Notes: generated from the sequence alone by a model not told the origin. Shown: positions 1-10,607, counted from the first letter of the stretch. The stretch is 64,000 nucleotides of DNA from an archaeon (GCA_030704845.1 JAUYKZ010000006.1:18046-82045), one strand, 5' to 3'. A program made the numbers and translations.

Positions 1-375
1 ATATATGCTAAAAGAAATCTTCCAATACATTATATCACCAACTGGGAAGGAATTGAAACTGTTATTCCAAGCAAAGAAGATTTAAAGGCATACATAGAAA
101 TCGAACGAGAATTTAGGGAAACACCTGATCAAAAACAGAAATTAGAAATTGATTATCGAATAGTTTCTCCACACGGAATGATTGTTATAAGAAATCTTCA
201 GTTAGGATATAACGAAGATGATCTAGTTAAATTCTATGAACACATTACATATCAACAATTAAAAGAGAAAGCCAGTATAGAAAGTAAATCAGAAGCTATC
301 AGAGAAGCAATGAAAAGTATTGCAAGAAGTATGGACGGAATCTGTTCAGTTAATTTTATTGAGAGGAAGAGATAA
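1..375 (+). CDS. 5'-truncated hypothetical protein, paralog of 5867..6658 (JAB/MPN-like C-terminal half)
   Basis: Frame 1 is open from base 1: IYAKRNLP...VIPSKEDLKAY...LEIDYRIVSPHGMIV, matching PSLDDIRTY...LEIDFRIASPHGLIT in the 5867 ORF. Confidence 0.6.
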   Translation: MYAKRNLPIHYITNWEGIETVIPSKEDLKAYIEIEREFRETPDQKQKLEIDYRIVSPHGMIVIRNLQLGYNEDDLVKFYEHITYQQLKEKASIESKSEAIREAMKSIARSMDGICSVNFIERKR

Positions 376-376
376 A

Positions 377-940
377 ATGCGAGAACTAGATGAAACTAGA
401 AGAGGATATCTTGAACGAGCATTAGAAATGTTAAAGGAATACGAACCTTCAGCAGAATTTATTGAACCATTTTATAGTGGCCCTAGCGCCATTTTACATG
501 TTAAATTAAATGAAGTGGAATATGTTTTCAAACCAGCATTAGTTATAGCAGACAATGAACAGTTACCAAAGGAAGCAAGAATATTAAACGATTTGAGAAA
601 TGTTAGAGGAATAACTCATCTCGTTGAGAAGTATTGTAATAAATTAGGAGTAAGAGCTATATTAAAAGAATTTTTTCCTGGAAAAAAACTAGGATGGCAT
701 GAACAGATTAGAAGTCCTCAACTACGGAAAAAACTTGAAGATACTATTGCAGAAATTCATCAAGTAGGATATGTTCATTTAGATCTTCATGAAGGGAACA
801 TTATTATTAGTGATGATGAAACCAACATTTGTTTTATTGATCCAATTCAAGGCCACACATTAATGTCAACTAGTGAACGAAAAAGAAACATCGACAAATC
901 CTTGTTAAAACAATTATTCTATCCGGCAAATTATATTTAA
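377..940 (+). CDS. Small protein-kinase-like/phosphotransferase fold protein
   Basis: YVFK lysine, KEARIL helix-C Glu, catalytic loop HLDLHEGNII, FID metal-binding motif; ATG at 377 follows the upstream stop. Confidence 0.65.
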   Translation: MRELDETRRGYLERALEMLKEYEPSAEFIEPFYSGPSAILHVKLNEVEYVFKPALVIADNEQLPKEARILNDLRNVRGITHLVEKYCNKLGVRAILKEFFPGKKLGWHEQIRSPQLRKKLEDTIAEIHQVGYVHLDLHEGNIIISDDETNICFIDPIQGHTLMSTSERKRNIDKSLLKQLFYPANYI

Positions 941-950
941 TAGATTATAT

Positions 951-3900
951 TTAATCATACAACAGTTCTCGGTCATTCCTTCTTTTAACGATAAATAATA
1001 CCAATAATCCAAGTAATACAAGAACAACTAATGCTGAACCGCCAATAGCAATCATGTTTGGATTGAACCAACTTTTCTTACCTGCAATTGCAAAATAAGA
1101 GAAATGTTTCACAACCGCTTCATATTTAACCGGTTCAGAATCTTCAATCATTTCCGTTGGTAAAGATTTCCATTTACCATCTTGGAAAGTCATTAGAACA
1201 ACATCATTAATATCAAAACCTTTTTCTTCAAGCCAATTTCTACTTACAGCAAAAGTTATTACGGCTTCGTCAAGTTCATCATTTTCAATTCCGATATTAA
1301 TATCCAAATATTTGAAAGTGCCATCTAACTCCGGAAGATCTTCCGGCAACTCGTTTAATACATTAACCCTAACGTTAGCTTCTTTTCCAGTCGAGGATGT
1401 TATTTTTAATTGAGTGATAGGTATTGAGGGATGATTAATTTCTATAATGTATGGTTCGCCTTCCGAGACCATATATCTATCTAAGAACTGCCCTTCCTTT
1501 TCAGGAGAATCCTCGTTAACTGCTAAAGGTGATGCTTCCAAACTACTTGTTTGAAGTTCTGGTTCCTGAGCAGATGTTTCTGAAGATTGACTACTTCCGC
1601 CCGAACCACCGCTACCGCCTCCGCCACCACCGGAAGAACTCGATGAACTGGAACTATCAGATGAATCGTCAGAAGAATCGGTTGCAGCTACAGTTGTAAA
1701 TGTATTTGTACTTGAAGTTTCACAATTTCCAACATCATCACAAGAAGTTACCTTGTAAGAATATTCTGTACCAGCCGTAAGACCAGATAAATCAATATCG
1801 TGAGAATCTGTGAATGAAGTACTTTCTTCAATTAAATTGAGACTGCCGTTAACCCCATATTCAACTGATGAATTTGCATCTTCATCAGTAGTCCAAGTGA
1901 TTGTTGTTTCTGTTTCAGTAGGTGCCCCAGCACTAATACTACTAACACTTGGAGAAGTTAAATCAACCGCGATTGTAAAATTAGATGAAGCGAATGATGA
2001 ATGAGAACTGTTGTCTGTAGCTAAACAATTCCAAACGAAATCTCCTTCAGTTAGAGTTTGATCAAATGTATGGTTTGTTTCAGTTACCGTTTCTACTGCT
2101 TGCCATGAACCACCCCAATCCGTATAAATAGTTAAATTCTCGATAACAGCATCATCCGTTGCCGAACAGGTAAATGATATGGTTGATGAAGAAGTTTTAT
2201 CTTCATTTGCAGGGGATTCAAGAGTTACTTGAGGGATTGTATTAATTACATTGAGGGTATTATTTTCAGAGAAACCGACATTTCCTACAACATCATCACA
2301 ATAAACTTGCCAAATATGTTCACTGAACAAAAAATTGTTAACAAAATTTAATGAATCATTTACAGTGATATTATTATCTGTGCTAACTAATGTACCATCA
2401 ACAAGAAGAGAACAAGAAGTTACCTCAGAGTCGTCAGTAACATGATATAATAAGGATAAAGATGATTCTTCAGAAGAACTTCCGTTAAGTGGTGATTCTA
2501 ATTCTACTGTTGGAGCAGTAATATCTACAACAATATTTCTTAATTCGCTATCGTTCAAATTACCTAAAGAATCTTCCGCAAGAACGGTTATTATTTGTGA
2601 CCCCTCATTAAGTGCAGAAAGATTTAATGAAACTAACCATTCGGTGCCATCTTGAGTAGAAGTAACTAATGAAGATTCATTTCCATTACCATTAGTAATA
2701 TTAAATTGAACAGAGATTATAGATGAAGCCGTATCAACCACGGTTACATTCAATATTAATTCGCCAGATCCTACAACTTGCCCTTCTTGAGGAGAATTAA
2801 AAGTTACCGAAGGCGGAACATTATCAACTTGAAAACTTCTAGATTCTGTTGTGCCAAAAAGATTTGTTGAATCATTACCGAATACTTTGAAGGAGTATGA
2901 TGCAACCGCAAGATCGGATTGAGATAAACTAAAATGGGTTAAATTAACCATAGTCATTGAAAAATTTTCAGAAGTGCCATTCTCATTTGTCCATTGAAGG
3001 ATTGCTGCGTTTAAAGAAACATCTGAAGTAACCGAGATGGTAACGTTATTTCCAGTTAAAGAATTATCGGCAGGGACATTCTCATCAAAATTAATTAACG
3101 GTTTAATTGCTTGATAAAGATCAATCCTGGAATAATTTCTGCCAGAACTTGCAGTATCGTCAATAACTGCACCTGTTAAGAATAATTTATTTTCTAACTC
3201 TGAAGGAGACGGTACAAGATTATAAGCTAATTTCCAATATTGATGCAATAACGCAATCGAACCGGAAACGTGTGGGGTAGCCATTGATGTTCCGGAAGAT
3301 GTTGCCAGTCCTCCGCCAAGATATGGGGCGGTGATTGAAATACCTGGAGCGAGAAGATTAAGAATTAATCCGCGATTGAATGAAATACTATCTGCACCAT
3401 TTACTGCGCCAACGGGAGTTACATTTTCTACACATGCCGGACTGCTTATACCATTTGTGTAGCCATTATTTCCAGATGCGATAACCACGCTAACATTATT
3501 TTCTACAGCTAGATTTATTGATGGGTTGAATGGGTCGTCACTACAATAAGAATTGTGCGGGGTTGAATCGCCAATACTGATACTAATTACGGAGATGTTA
3601 TATTCCTCAGCTTTACTAATACAATAATCAATTCCAGCGATAACATCGTCAGCAGAACAAGATCCCGCAGAGTTACATACTTTCACTGCAACAATTCCTG
3701 CTTCATAAGCTACACCCCGATAAGTACTATGATTACCCGCAGCAATCCCCGCTACATGAGTTCCGTGACCACGATCATCTTCCGCCGTATTTGCTTCAGA
3801 AGTCCCATTAATGCAACATCCACCGCCTATATTACAATAACAATATTGGTCAAGAATTCTACCTTCAAATGCTGGATGGTCCGTGTCAATCCCAGTATCA

Positions 3901-4331
3901 ACTATACAAATAGATTCACCGGCCCCGGTAATTTTCTGCCCATTAATTTCATAACTTTGAACATCGTCAGCATTTATTTGAGGTATACTTTCATCAAGTA
4001 AGATTTGGTATATTTTATTTTCGTGAATAGATTCAACGTTAGGGTTATCTTCTAATTTATTAAGAGTTTCTTGATCAACAGTCGTACTAAAACCGGATGA
4101 AAGATTTCTGGAGATTAAAATATCTTTATCTTCATTAAAAATAGAAAACATTCCGCCATTGTTAAGATCATCAATGACTTCTTGTTGTGTTCCTTCTTTA
4201 ACTGTAACAATTACTGAAACTTGACCATTCTCTTGAGCTGTTTGGACAACTGAATTTTCAATATCGGCTGCAATTGCAGACATTGAAAGTAGAATGAGTA
4301 CAAATAGAACAACCAAACCACCTTTTCTCAT
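951..4331 (-). CDS. Secreted, membrane-anchored S8 (subtilisin-family) serine protease with Ig-like/FN3 repeats and PGF-pre-PGF-like domain
   Basis: Signal peptide; catalytic IVDTG, HGTHVAG, GTSMATPHV; Ser/Gly linker; HFSYFAI motif; C-terminal TM helix followed by KRR. Confidence 0.9.
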   Translation of the reverse strand: MRKGGLVVLFVLILLSMSAIAADIENSVVQTAQENGQVSVIVTVKEGTQQEVIDDLNNGGMFSIFNEDKDILISRNLSSGFSTTVDQETLNKLEDNPNVESIHENKIYQILLDESIPQINADDVQSYEINGQKITGAGESICIVDTGIDTDHPAFEGRILDQYCYCNIGGGCCINGTSEANTAEDDRGHGTHVAGIAAGNHSTYRGVAYEAGIVAVKVCNSAGSCSADDVIAGIDYCISKAEEYNISVISISIGDSTPHNSYCSDDPFNPSINLAVENNVSVVIASGNNGYTNGISSPACVENVTPVGAVNGADSISFNRGLILNLLAPGISITAPYLGGGLATSSGTSMATPHVSGSIALLHQYWKLAYNLVPSPSELENKLFLTGAVIDDTASSGRNYSRIDLYQAIKPLINFDENVPADNSLTGNNVTISVTSDVSLNAAILQWTNENGTSENFSMTMVNLTHFSLSQSDLAVASYSFKVFGNDSTNLFGTTESRSFQVDNVPPSVTFNSPQEGQVVGSGELILNVTVVDTASSIISVQFNITNGNGNESSLVTSTQDGTEWLVSLNLSALNEGSQIITVLAEDSLGNLNDSELRNIVVDITAPTVELESPLNGSSSEESSLSLLYHVTDDSEVTSCSLLVDGTLVSTDNNITVNDSLNFVNNFLFSEHIWQVYCDDVVGNVGFSENNTLNVINTIPQVTLESPANEDKTSSSTISFTCSATDDAVIENLTIYTDWGGSWQAVETVTETNHTFDQTLTEGDFVWNCLATDNSSHSSFASSNFTIAVDLTSPSVSSISAGAPTETETTITWTTDEDANSSVEYGVNGSLNLIEESTSFTDSHDIDLSGLTAGTEYSYKVTSCDDVGNCETSSTNTFTTVAATDSSDDSSDSSSSSSSSGGGGGGSGGSGGSSQSSETSAQEPELQTSSLEASPLAVNEDSPEKEGQFLDRYMVSEGEPYIIEINHPSIPITQLKITSSTGKEANVRVNVLNELPEDLPELDGTFKYLDINIGIENDELDEAVITFAVSRNWLEEKGFDINDVVLMTFQDGKWKSLPTEMIEDSEPVKYEAVVKHFSYFAIAGKKSWFNPNMIAIGGSALVVLVLLGLLVLFIVKRRNDRELLYD

Positions 4332-4334
4332 TTT

Positions 4335-5255
4335 CTAAATAAGCATAATTCCTTGCCCTGCCTCCTCTTTTAATTGTGACGCGAATCCTTCGCCGATATG
4401 AAATGAAAATGAGGAAAACACACTGGTTAATAAATCTAACAGTCCCGTCGGCGGTTGATAAGTAACATAAGAAATTTCTTGTAATCCATATTTTGTTCTG
4501 AGATATTGTTCTGCAGTTGAAAGATCTCCCAATTGATCAATTAATCCAAGGTTTAATGCTTCCACACCTAAATAAAATTCTCCTGTAGCCAAACGAGCAA
4601 TTTCTTCCCGAGGAATATTTCTGTTTTCTGAAACTTCGTCAACAAAAAATTCATGAATAAATTGGATTTTATTCTGAAGAATATTTTTTTCAGTTGGTTG
4701 TAGACTTTTGAATGGAGTTCCAAGATCCTTAAATGGTCCGGAAACGAGACGTTCATAACCTACCCCGTAATCTTCCATCATACCACTGAATTCTAAATAA
4801 GATGATATTACGCCAATACTTCCAGTGATTGACATCCTATTTGCAATAATATAATCGGTTGAAGAAGCTATCCAATATCCACCAGAAGCACCAGCTTCTC
4901 TGATAACAGCAACTGTTGGTTTGGTAGATTTTTTTACAGCCGATGCAATTTCATCTGATGCTACAGCTGAACCGCCGGGAGAGTTAATTTCTAGAATGAT
5001 AGCTTGAATATGAGAATCTCTTTCAGCATCCGCCAGAAATTCTGTAATTTGAGATGAAGAAACGGTTGTTTGACCAAGAGTGCTTGCTCCGCCATCTGTA
5101 GTAATTACTCCCTCAATTGGTATAATTGCAACGTTGCCTTTAGATGATGGCCCATCATCAAATAATATTGGGATTAAGAGGAATAATATAATTATGGGAC
5201 CAAGGGTATAAAGAATTATTTTAACGGTATCTCTCTTACGATCCCTCTTTTTCAT
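4335..5255 (-). CDS. sppA: Signal peptide peptidase SppA (S49)
   Basis: N-terminal TM; INSPGGS, ASGGYWIAS and TGSIGV motifs. Confidence 0.9.
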   Translation of the reverse strand: MKKRDRKRDTVKIILYTLGPIIILFLLIPILFDDGPSSKGNVAIIPIEGVITTDGGASTLGQTTVSSSQITEFLADAERDSHIQAIILEINSPGGSAVASDEIASAVKKSTKPTVAVIREAGASGGYWIASSTDYIIANRMSITGSIGVISSYLEFSGMMEDYGVGYERLVSGPFKDLGTPFKSLQPTEKNILQNKIQFIHEFFVDEVSENRNIPREEIARLATGEFYLGVEALNLGLIDQLGDLSTAEQYLRTKYGLQEISYVTYQPPTGLLDLLTSVFSSFSFHIGEGFASQLKEEAGQGIMLI

Positions 5256-5352
5256 AGGAAAAGTTAAAAGAAAGAGGTATTTAAATGTTTCTTGGAAAAC
5301 CTCAGTGCCTAAAAGGGAAAGTTTTATAAGTAATTACTGAGGGGAAGATTTT

Positions 5353-5856
5353 ATGATATACAAATCACCAGAAGAACGCAGAATAAGAAAACTAACAGAA
5401 TGGGAAGAAAGAGTATCTAGAGAAATCTCCCCAAAGCTAGAATTCTTGAAAGAAGGTGCCAGAAATTCATTATTTAAAATCCCAATTAGCTACCAGATTT
5501 ACATTAAATATCACGAAACCCACATGCATGCTTTAGTTGCAAAACTGGAAGATTTTCAAGATGGACTTTTGGTCTATGTAGAGAGCGGTTCTCAGCATGA
5601 CGATTTACGATTATATCAAATTCCCAAAGTTCTAACAGAGGCTAGAGCCGAACCGGTAAGAGTTATAGGAAGCTACGAGAGAATAAGTAAGAGAATAGAA
5701 TCAATATTTATTCCGAGAGATGCAATATTATCTGCTTCTTATCAAGGAACATTTGAAGACTTGATTACAAATCCAAATATTAGCTTACGTTTACCAGAAG
5801 ATAAGAATTTGGCTGAGAAAATTCTTGAAGAGATTGAGAGATTAACGAATGCTTAA
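5353..5856 (+). CDS. Hypothetical protein
   Basis: 167-aa ORF with an upstream TATA-like GTTTTATAA; no recognised motif. Confidence 0.6.
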   Translation: MIYKSPEERRIRKLTEWEERVSREISPKLEFLKEGARNSLFKIPISYQIYIKYHETHMHALVAKLEDFQDGLLVYVESGSQHDDLRLYQIPKVLTEARAEPVRVIGSYERISKRIESIFIPRDAILSASYQGTFEDLITNPNISLRLPEDKNLAEKILEEIERLTNA

Positions 5857-5866
5857 ATAATCAAAA

Positions 5867-6658
5867 ATGGCAACAACTATTTATTACAATACTAACAGCG
5901 GGGAACCCTTTAGAGATTTAAGTAGGGATAGAAAAAAACTTTTCTTATCAACAGAACCATACTTCATAAAAAGAAGCCGTGAAGACGAAGAAAGAGATCT
6001 GGAAGAACTTGTTGACACGGAAGAAAATGAAGGCGTATGGTTATTTGATGCTAAAGGATCAAGATGGTATAATTTGGTTCAAAGACAATCTAAATTAGAA
6101 GAAAATGGAGAGATAGTAGAACTGTCTTGTGAGACTATCCCTCTTGAAGCTGTCGACGGGATGCAGTTAAAAGTAGAGAATTGCAGCCATTATCATACTC
6201 ACCCCCTAAAAATCGGTGAAATATTTAAAAGACAGATTAAACAAAGAGAAACAACATCTGATAAACCACTTTCAGAGAAAGAAAAAAGATTCATAGATTG
6301 CAGTGTTGCTATAAATCTATCTCTGCCTTCATTAGACGATATAAGAACTTATAAAAACATTTTAAAGAGACTTCCCGTATTAGAGATAGATTTCAGAATA
6401 GCCTCCCCACACGGATTAATAACGATGGTTTTTAAGAACGGAGCAATAGAAGCAGATGAGACCTATCAAAATTACCATAAAATGAGAGAAAATGGACTTC
6501 AGGTAACACACTCAAAAGACTGGTTTTACTCATCAGAATACGAAAGCCATGCTGTCTTGCAAGGAATTCAATATTTCAGAAGCGTAATGAAGCCGTATTT
6601 AAAGATAGATTTCAAATTTAGAGAAGAATTAGCAAAGAGACCATTTGGATTTATATGA
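5867..6658 (+). CDS. Hypothetical protein with divergent JAB/MPN (JAMM)-like metal-binding motif
   Basis: NEGVWL...HYHTHP...PSLDD...FRIASP; unusually long spacer between HxH and SxxD. Confidence 0.55.
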   Translation: MATTIYYNTNSGEPFRDLSRDRKKLFLSTEPYFIKRSREDEERDLEELVDTEENEGVWLFDAKGSRWYNLVQRQSKLEENGEIVELSCETIPLEAVDGMQLKVENCSHYHTHPLKIGEIFKRQIKQRETTSDKPLSEKEKRFIDCSVAINLSLPSLDDIRTYKNILKRLPVLEIDFRIASPHGLITMVFKNGAIEADETYQNYHKMRENGLQVTHSKDWFYSSEYESHAVLQGIQYFRSVMKPYLKIDFKFREELAKRPFGFI

Positions 6659-6674
6659 TCTTAGCCGATTTTCC

Positions 6675-6689
6675 CAAAACATTTATAAA
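6675..6689 (+). promoter_or_regulatory. Archaeal BRE-TATA promoter of the S13 operon
   Basis: CAAAACATTTATAAA about 90 nt before rps13; the same motif occurs before the rRNA operon and many other genes. Confidence 0.7.
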
Positions 6690-6712
6690 TAACCACCTTC
6701 TCAAACCAATAA

Positions 6713-6762
6713 TCAGCCCGAGTTAACGCGCTTTAGGGTTCAAAAGATTATTCTTGAGCTGA
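6713..6762 (+). promoter_or_regulatory. Structured 5' leader of the S13 operon (candidate r-leader)
   Basis: TCAGCCCGAG pairs with CTTGAGCTGA (9 of 10 bp incl. one G-U); starts about 24 nt after the TATA box. Confidence 0.4.
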
Positions 6763-6778
6763 CTATAATATTCATAAA

Positions 6779-7243
6779 ATGGCAGAACAACCAAAAGAAA
6801 ATTTCAAGTATATTGTTAGGATTGCAAACGTTGATATTCCTGGAGAGAAACAAGTTCGTATTGCTCTCACTAAAATAAAAGGAATTGGAACAAATCTTGC
6901 AGATGTATTATGTACCCTAGCTGGAATTAATAAATCTGCTAAGACAGGTAATCTTTCTGACAAAGATATTGCTTCTTTAAATACAATTGTTTCTGATCCA
7001 TTAAAACATGGTCTTCCAACTTGGTTTGTTAACAGAAGGAAAGATTATGAAACAGGAGAAACAACTCATCTTATTACGGGAAAATTACAATTCACTCAAG
7101 ATAATGATCTTAAAAGATTAAAGAAAATTAAAACTCTTAGAGGAGCTAGACATCAGAAAGGCCTTACAGTAAGAGGTCAAAGAACAAGGTCTAATTTCAG
7201 AAAGAGTAAAGGTAAGGTAATTGGTGTTAAGAAGAAGAAATAG
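6779..7243 (+). CDS. rps13: 30S ribosomal protein uS13
   Basis: IALTKIKGIG, RGARHQKGLTVRGQRTRSN. Confidence 0.97.
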   Translation: MAEQPKENFKYIVRIANVDIPGEKQVRIALTKIKGIGTNLADVLCTLAGINKSAKTGNLSDKDIASLNTIVSDPLKHGLPTWFVNRRKDYETGETTHLITGKLQFTQDNDLKRLKKIKTLRGARHQKGLTVRGQRTRSNFRKSKGKVIGVKKKK

Positions 7244-7254
7244 GTGAACATTAA

Positions 7255-7872
7255 ATGGGAGATCCAAAAAAGTTTAGGAAAAAGTACGAAACTCCAATGC
7301 ATCCTTGGAAAAAGAATGTTATTGAAGAAGAGAAACAGTTAAAACGAGACTTTGGACTTAACACTCAAAAAGAAATTCTTATCGCTAAAACATTTTTAAA
7401 GAAATATAAAAATATTGCAAAAAGATTAATTGCTCAAAAAACAGCACAGGGATTAAAAGAAAAAGAGCAAATTTTGGGTAAATTACAACGCTTAGGTTTC
7501 CTTCCTGTTGGATCAGATCTTGATCAAATTCTAAATTTGGGTATAACTGATGTTCTTAACAGAAGACTTCAAAGCGTAGTAACAAAGAAAGGCTTAGCAA
7601 GAACATCAAAACAAGCAAGACAATTTATTGTACACAGACATATTGTTATTGGAGATAAAGAAATCACCTCACCATCATATTTAATTTCTCTTGAAGAAGA
7701 ATCTCTTGTTGGTTTTAAAACAAAATCAACTTTAGCTAGTGAAGATCATCCTGAAAGAGTTACCGTTGAAAAACCAAAAGAAGATAAAAAGAAAGAAATT
7801 AAAACAGAAGAACCTCAAAGAGAAGAATTTACTGAAGAAGAATTAGCTCCAGTAAAGGAATTGGAGATTTAG
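7255..7872 (+). CDS. rps4: 30S ribosomal protein uS4
   Basis: [34 protein letters not shown]. Confidence 0.97.
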   Translation: MGDPKKFRKKYETPMHPWKKNVIEEEKQLKRDFGLNTQKEILIAKTFLKKYKNIAKRLIAQKTAQGLKEKEQILGKLQRLGFLPVGSDLDQILNLGITDVLNRRLQSVVTKKGLARTSKQARQFIVHRHIVIGDKEITSPSYLISLEEESLVGFKTKSTLASEDHPERVTVEKPKEDKKKEIKTEEPQREEFTEEELAPVKELEI

Positions 7873-7876
7873 TATA

Positions 7877-8326
7877 ATGGCAAAGAAAGATGCAATAGAA
7901 GAACAAGTTGAACGACAAGATAGACCTATGAGGCAGCAAAGAATACGCTGGGGTATCGCTCACATTTTATCTACATATAACAATACAATCATAACCGTAA
8001 CTGACGTTACAGGAACCGAAACATTAGCAAGATCAAGCGGTGGACAAATTGTAAAATCTGACCGACTTGAAAGTTCACCTTCCGCAGCGATGGGAGTTGC
8101 AAAAAAGATTGCAGAGATTTGTAAAGAAAAAGGTGTTAACGGTTTATTTATCAAAGTTAGAGCAAGAGGAGGTCATAATGGACCTAAAACTCCTGGACCT
8201 GGAGCTCAAGCTGCAATTAGAGCATTATCAAGAGTAGGAATCAGAATTGGAAAAATTGAAGAAGTAACTCCTGAGCCACATAATGGTTGTAGAGTAAAAG
8301 GCGGCCGTCGTGGAAGAAGAGTATAA
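7877..8326 (+). CDS. rps11: 30S ribosomal protein uS11
   Basis: [32 protein letters not shown]. Confidence 0.97.
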   Translation: MAKKDAIEEQVERQDRPMRQQRIRWGIAHILSTYNNTIITVTDVTGTETLARSSGGQIVKSDRLESSPSAAMGVAKKIAEICKEKGVNGLFIKVRARGGHNGPKTPGPGAQAAIRALSRVGIRIGKIEEVTPEPHNGCRVKGGRRGRRV

Positions 8327-8341
8327 TTGGAAAATAATACA

Positions 8342-9124
8342 ATGACAATAAAAATTGAAAAAATCAAAGAAGAGAAGAAAATAAACAAGCTAACTTTTAT
8401 GATTAAAGGAAGCGATGAAGTATTTGCAAATACCATCCGCCGAATGATTTTAGAAGAAGTTCCAGTGCTTGCGATAGAAGATATCGAAGTTAAAGCAAAT
8501 AGTTCAGCTCTTTACGATGAAATGCTTGCATTGAGATTAGGTTTAGTTCCAATTAAAACAGATCTTTCAAGTTACCGATTACCAAAAAATCAAGACGAAA
8601 TTGATGAAAAAAGTGCTCAATGTACCTTACAAATTAAATTAAAAGCAAGTAAGAAAGGATATGTTTATGCTGAAGAAGCAGAAAGCACTGACCCTAAATG
8701 CACCTTTGTTTATCCAAAAATGCCTGTTGGAAAATTACTAGCTAAACAAAAATTAGATTTAGTGATGACAGCAGTTATGGGAAAAGGACGAGATCACGCT
8801 AAATGGATCCCAGGATGGGCGTTCTATAGGAACGAACAAAAATTGAAAATTGGAAAAGTAAAAGATGCGGGATTATTGTTAAGCAAATGTACAGATGGAG
8901 TTTTCAAGAAAGACGGTTTAGGCTTGACTGTTGTTGAAGATAAAGCTGCTGAAAGTAACTTACTTGAATACTATGCCGAACTTGACAGTGGTTTAACTGT
9001 TGAATATACTGATAACATCATATTTACATTAGAAAGCTGGGGACAACTCAGCTGTAAACAATTGCTTGAAGCAAGTGCAGATATACTTGCAGAAAAAGCA
9101 AAAGAGCTTGAAGCTCAGTTATAA
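8342..9124 (+). CDS. rpoD: DNA-directed RNA polymerase subunit D (Rpo3)
   Basis: FANTIRR..EVP.LAIEDI, LYDEMLALRLGLVP, GRDHAKW, FTLESWGQL; conserved operon position. Confidence 0.95.
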   Translation: MTIKIEKIKEEKKINKLTFMIKGSDEVFANTIRRMILEEVPVLAIEDIEVKANSSALYDEMLALRLGLVPIKTDLSSYRLPKNQDEIDEKSAQCTLQIKLKASKKGYVYAEEAESTDPKCTFVYPKMPVGKLLAKQKLDLVMTAVMGKGRDHAKWIPGWAFYRNEQKLKIGKVKDAGLLLSKCTDGVFKKDGLGLTVVEDKAAESNLLEYYAELDSGLTVEYTDNIIFTLESWGQLSCKQLLEASADILAEKAKELEAQL

Positions 9125-9151
9125 TAATAATAATAATACGAGACAAATAAA

Positions 9152-9508
9152 ATGAGACGAACAGGACCAACCAACTACCAACTGCAAAATCTGTTGAAGG
9201 AATTAGAGACTAAAGCTCTTAGCAGTAAATTTTGGAAAAGAATTGTTACCGATCTCAAAAAACCTTCTAGACAAAGAAGAACAGTTAATGTTTACAAAAT
9301 TGATAAAGTAGCAAAAGACGGCGATACTGTTATCATTCCTGGAAAAGTTCTAAGCGTAGGTGATTTAACTAAGAAAGTTAATGTTGCTGCCTTTACATTT
9401 TCAACTGAAGCAGCTAAAAAAATTACCGATGCTAAAGGAACAATTATGACAATTGAAGAACTCCTTAAACAAAATCCTGATGGAAAGAAAGTGAGGATAC
9501 TTGGATAA
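9152..9508 (+). CDS. rpl18e: 50S ribosomal protein eL18
   Basis: PSRQRRTVNVYKI, PGKVLSVG, AAFTFS. Confidence 0.95.
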   Translation: MRRTGPTNYQLQNLLKELETKALSSKFWKRIVTDLKKPSRQRRTVNVYKIDKVAKDGDTVIIPGKVLSVGDLTKKVNVAAFTFSTEAAKKITDAKGTIMTIEELLKQNPDGKKVRILG

Positions 9509-9509
9509 A

Positions 9510-9932
9510 ATGAAAGTATACGACGGAAAAGATATGATCCTTGGACGACTTGCATCACAAGTTGCAAAAGATTTACTCTTAGGAGAAGAAGTTGCTATTG
9601 TAAACTGTGAATCTGTTGTTATCAGCGGACGTAAAATAAATACTGTTGAGCGTGAAACACAGAAAAGAGATCGAAAAGGATATCCATTAAAAAGTGCTAA
9701 ACATCCAAGACTTCCAGACAGATTTGTAAGAAGAATTATCCGAGGAATGCTTCCATGGAAATTTACAAGAGGTAAAGAAGCTTACAAACGAGTAATGTGT
9801 TACAGAGGAGTTCCAGACGAATTTGTAAATCAACCATTAATCACAATTAAAAAAGCATCATCTAAAAAACTGCCTACCCTAAGATATATGACGGTGGGAG
9901 AAGTTTGCAAAACTATTGGTGGTAAAGCATAA
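9510..9932 (+). CDS. rpl13: 50S ribosomal protein uL13
   Basis: ILGRLASQVAK, PDRFVRRIIRGMLPWK. Confidence 0.95.
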   Translation: MKVYDGKDMILGRLASQVAKDLLLGEEVAIVNCESVVISGRKINTVERETQKRDRKGYPLKSAKHPRLPDRFVRRIIRGMLPWKFTRGKEAYKRVMCYRGVPDEFVNQPLITIKKASSKKLPTLRYMTVGEVCKTIGGKA

Positions 9933-10327
9933 TGAAAGGATTTATTCAAGAACAAGGTAAAAGGAAACAAGCAATTGCTAGAGCTACTATTCAGTCTGGG
10001 TCTGGTAAAGTTTCAATCAATGGACAAGAATTATCATCTTTTGGAAATGATATGGTGCGATTAAGAATCAGCGAACCATTAGTATTAGCTGGAGATGTTG
10101 TAAAAACTGTAAATATTAATGTAAACTCTCGTGGTGGAGGAATTTACGGACAAGCGGATGCAATTAGGTTAGCAATTGCTAGAGCTTTAGTTGAAAATGA
10201 TAAAAAATTGAAGAAAACATTCACAGAATACGACCGTTTATTACTTGTTGCAGACGTTAGACGTAAAGAAACTTGTAAACCTAACGATTCAAAAGCTAGA
10301 GCTAAGAGACAAAAATCATACAGGTAG
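9932..10327 (+). CDS. rps9: 30S ribosomal protein uS9
   Basis: GKRKQAIARA, GGGIYGQADA, C-terminal QKSYR. Confidence 0.96.
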   Translation: MKGFIQEQGKRKQAIARATIQSGSGKVSINGQELSSFGNDMVRLRISEPLVLAGDVVKTVNINVNSRGGGIYGQADAIRLAIARALVENDKKLKKTFTEYDRLLLVADVRRKETCKPNDSKARAKRQKSYR

Positions 10328-10398
10328 AGGAATTAAAAAATGATTACAATAAAAATTCACAAATTTTTAAGCAACCATTGCTTCACTGAGGTGGAACA

Positions 10399-10596
10399 AT
10401 GATTATACCTATCCGATGTTTCAGTTGTGGAAAACCAGTAGGCCACCTTTGGGAAGAATTTAGCGAACGCCGTGAAAAAGGCGATGAAGTTAAAAAAGTT
10501 CTTGATGATTTTGGTTTAGAAAGATACTGTTGCAGATCTATAATGATGGGACATGTCGAATTAATTGATGTAGCTGCCGAATTTAGAAAAGCTTAG
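10399..10596 (+). CDS. rpoN: DNA-directed RNA polymerase subunit N (Rpo10)
   Basis: [12 protein letters not shown]...RYCCR; SD GAGGTG upstream. Confidence 0.97.
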   Translation: MIIPIRCFSCGKPVGHLWEEFSERREKGDEVKKVLDDFGLERYCCRSIMMGHVELIDVAAEFRKA

Positions 10597-10607
10597 TTAC
10601 ATCGACT

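Noticed and set aside
10340-10402. 20-codon ORF between rps9 and rpoN overlapping the rpoN ATG
   Set aside because: Weak SD, no compositional signal, and rpoN has its own SD; may be chance
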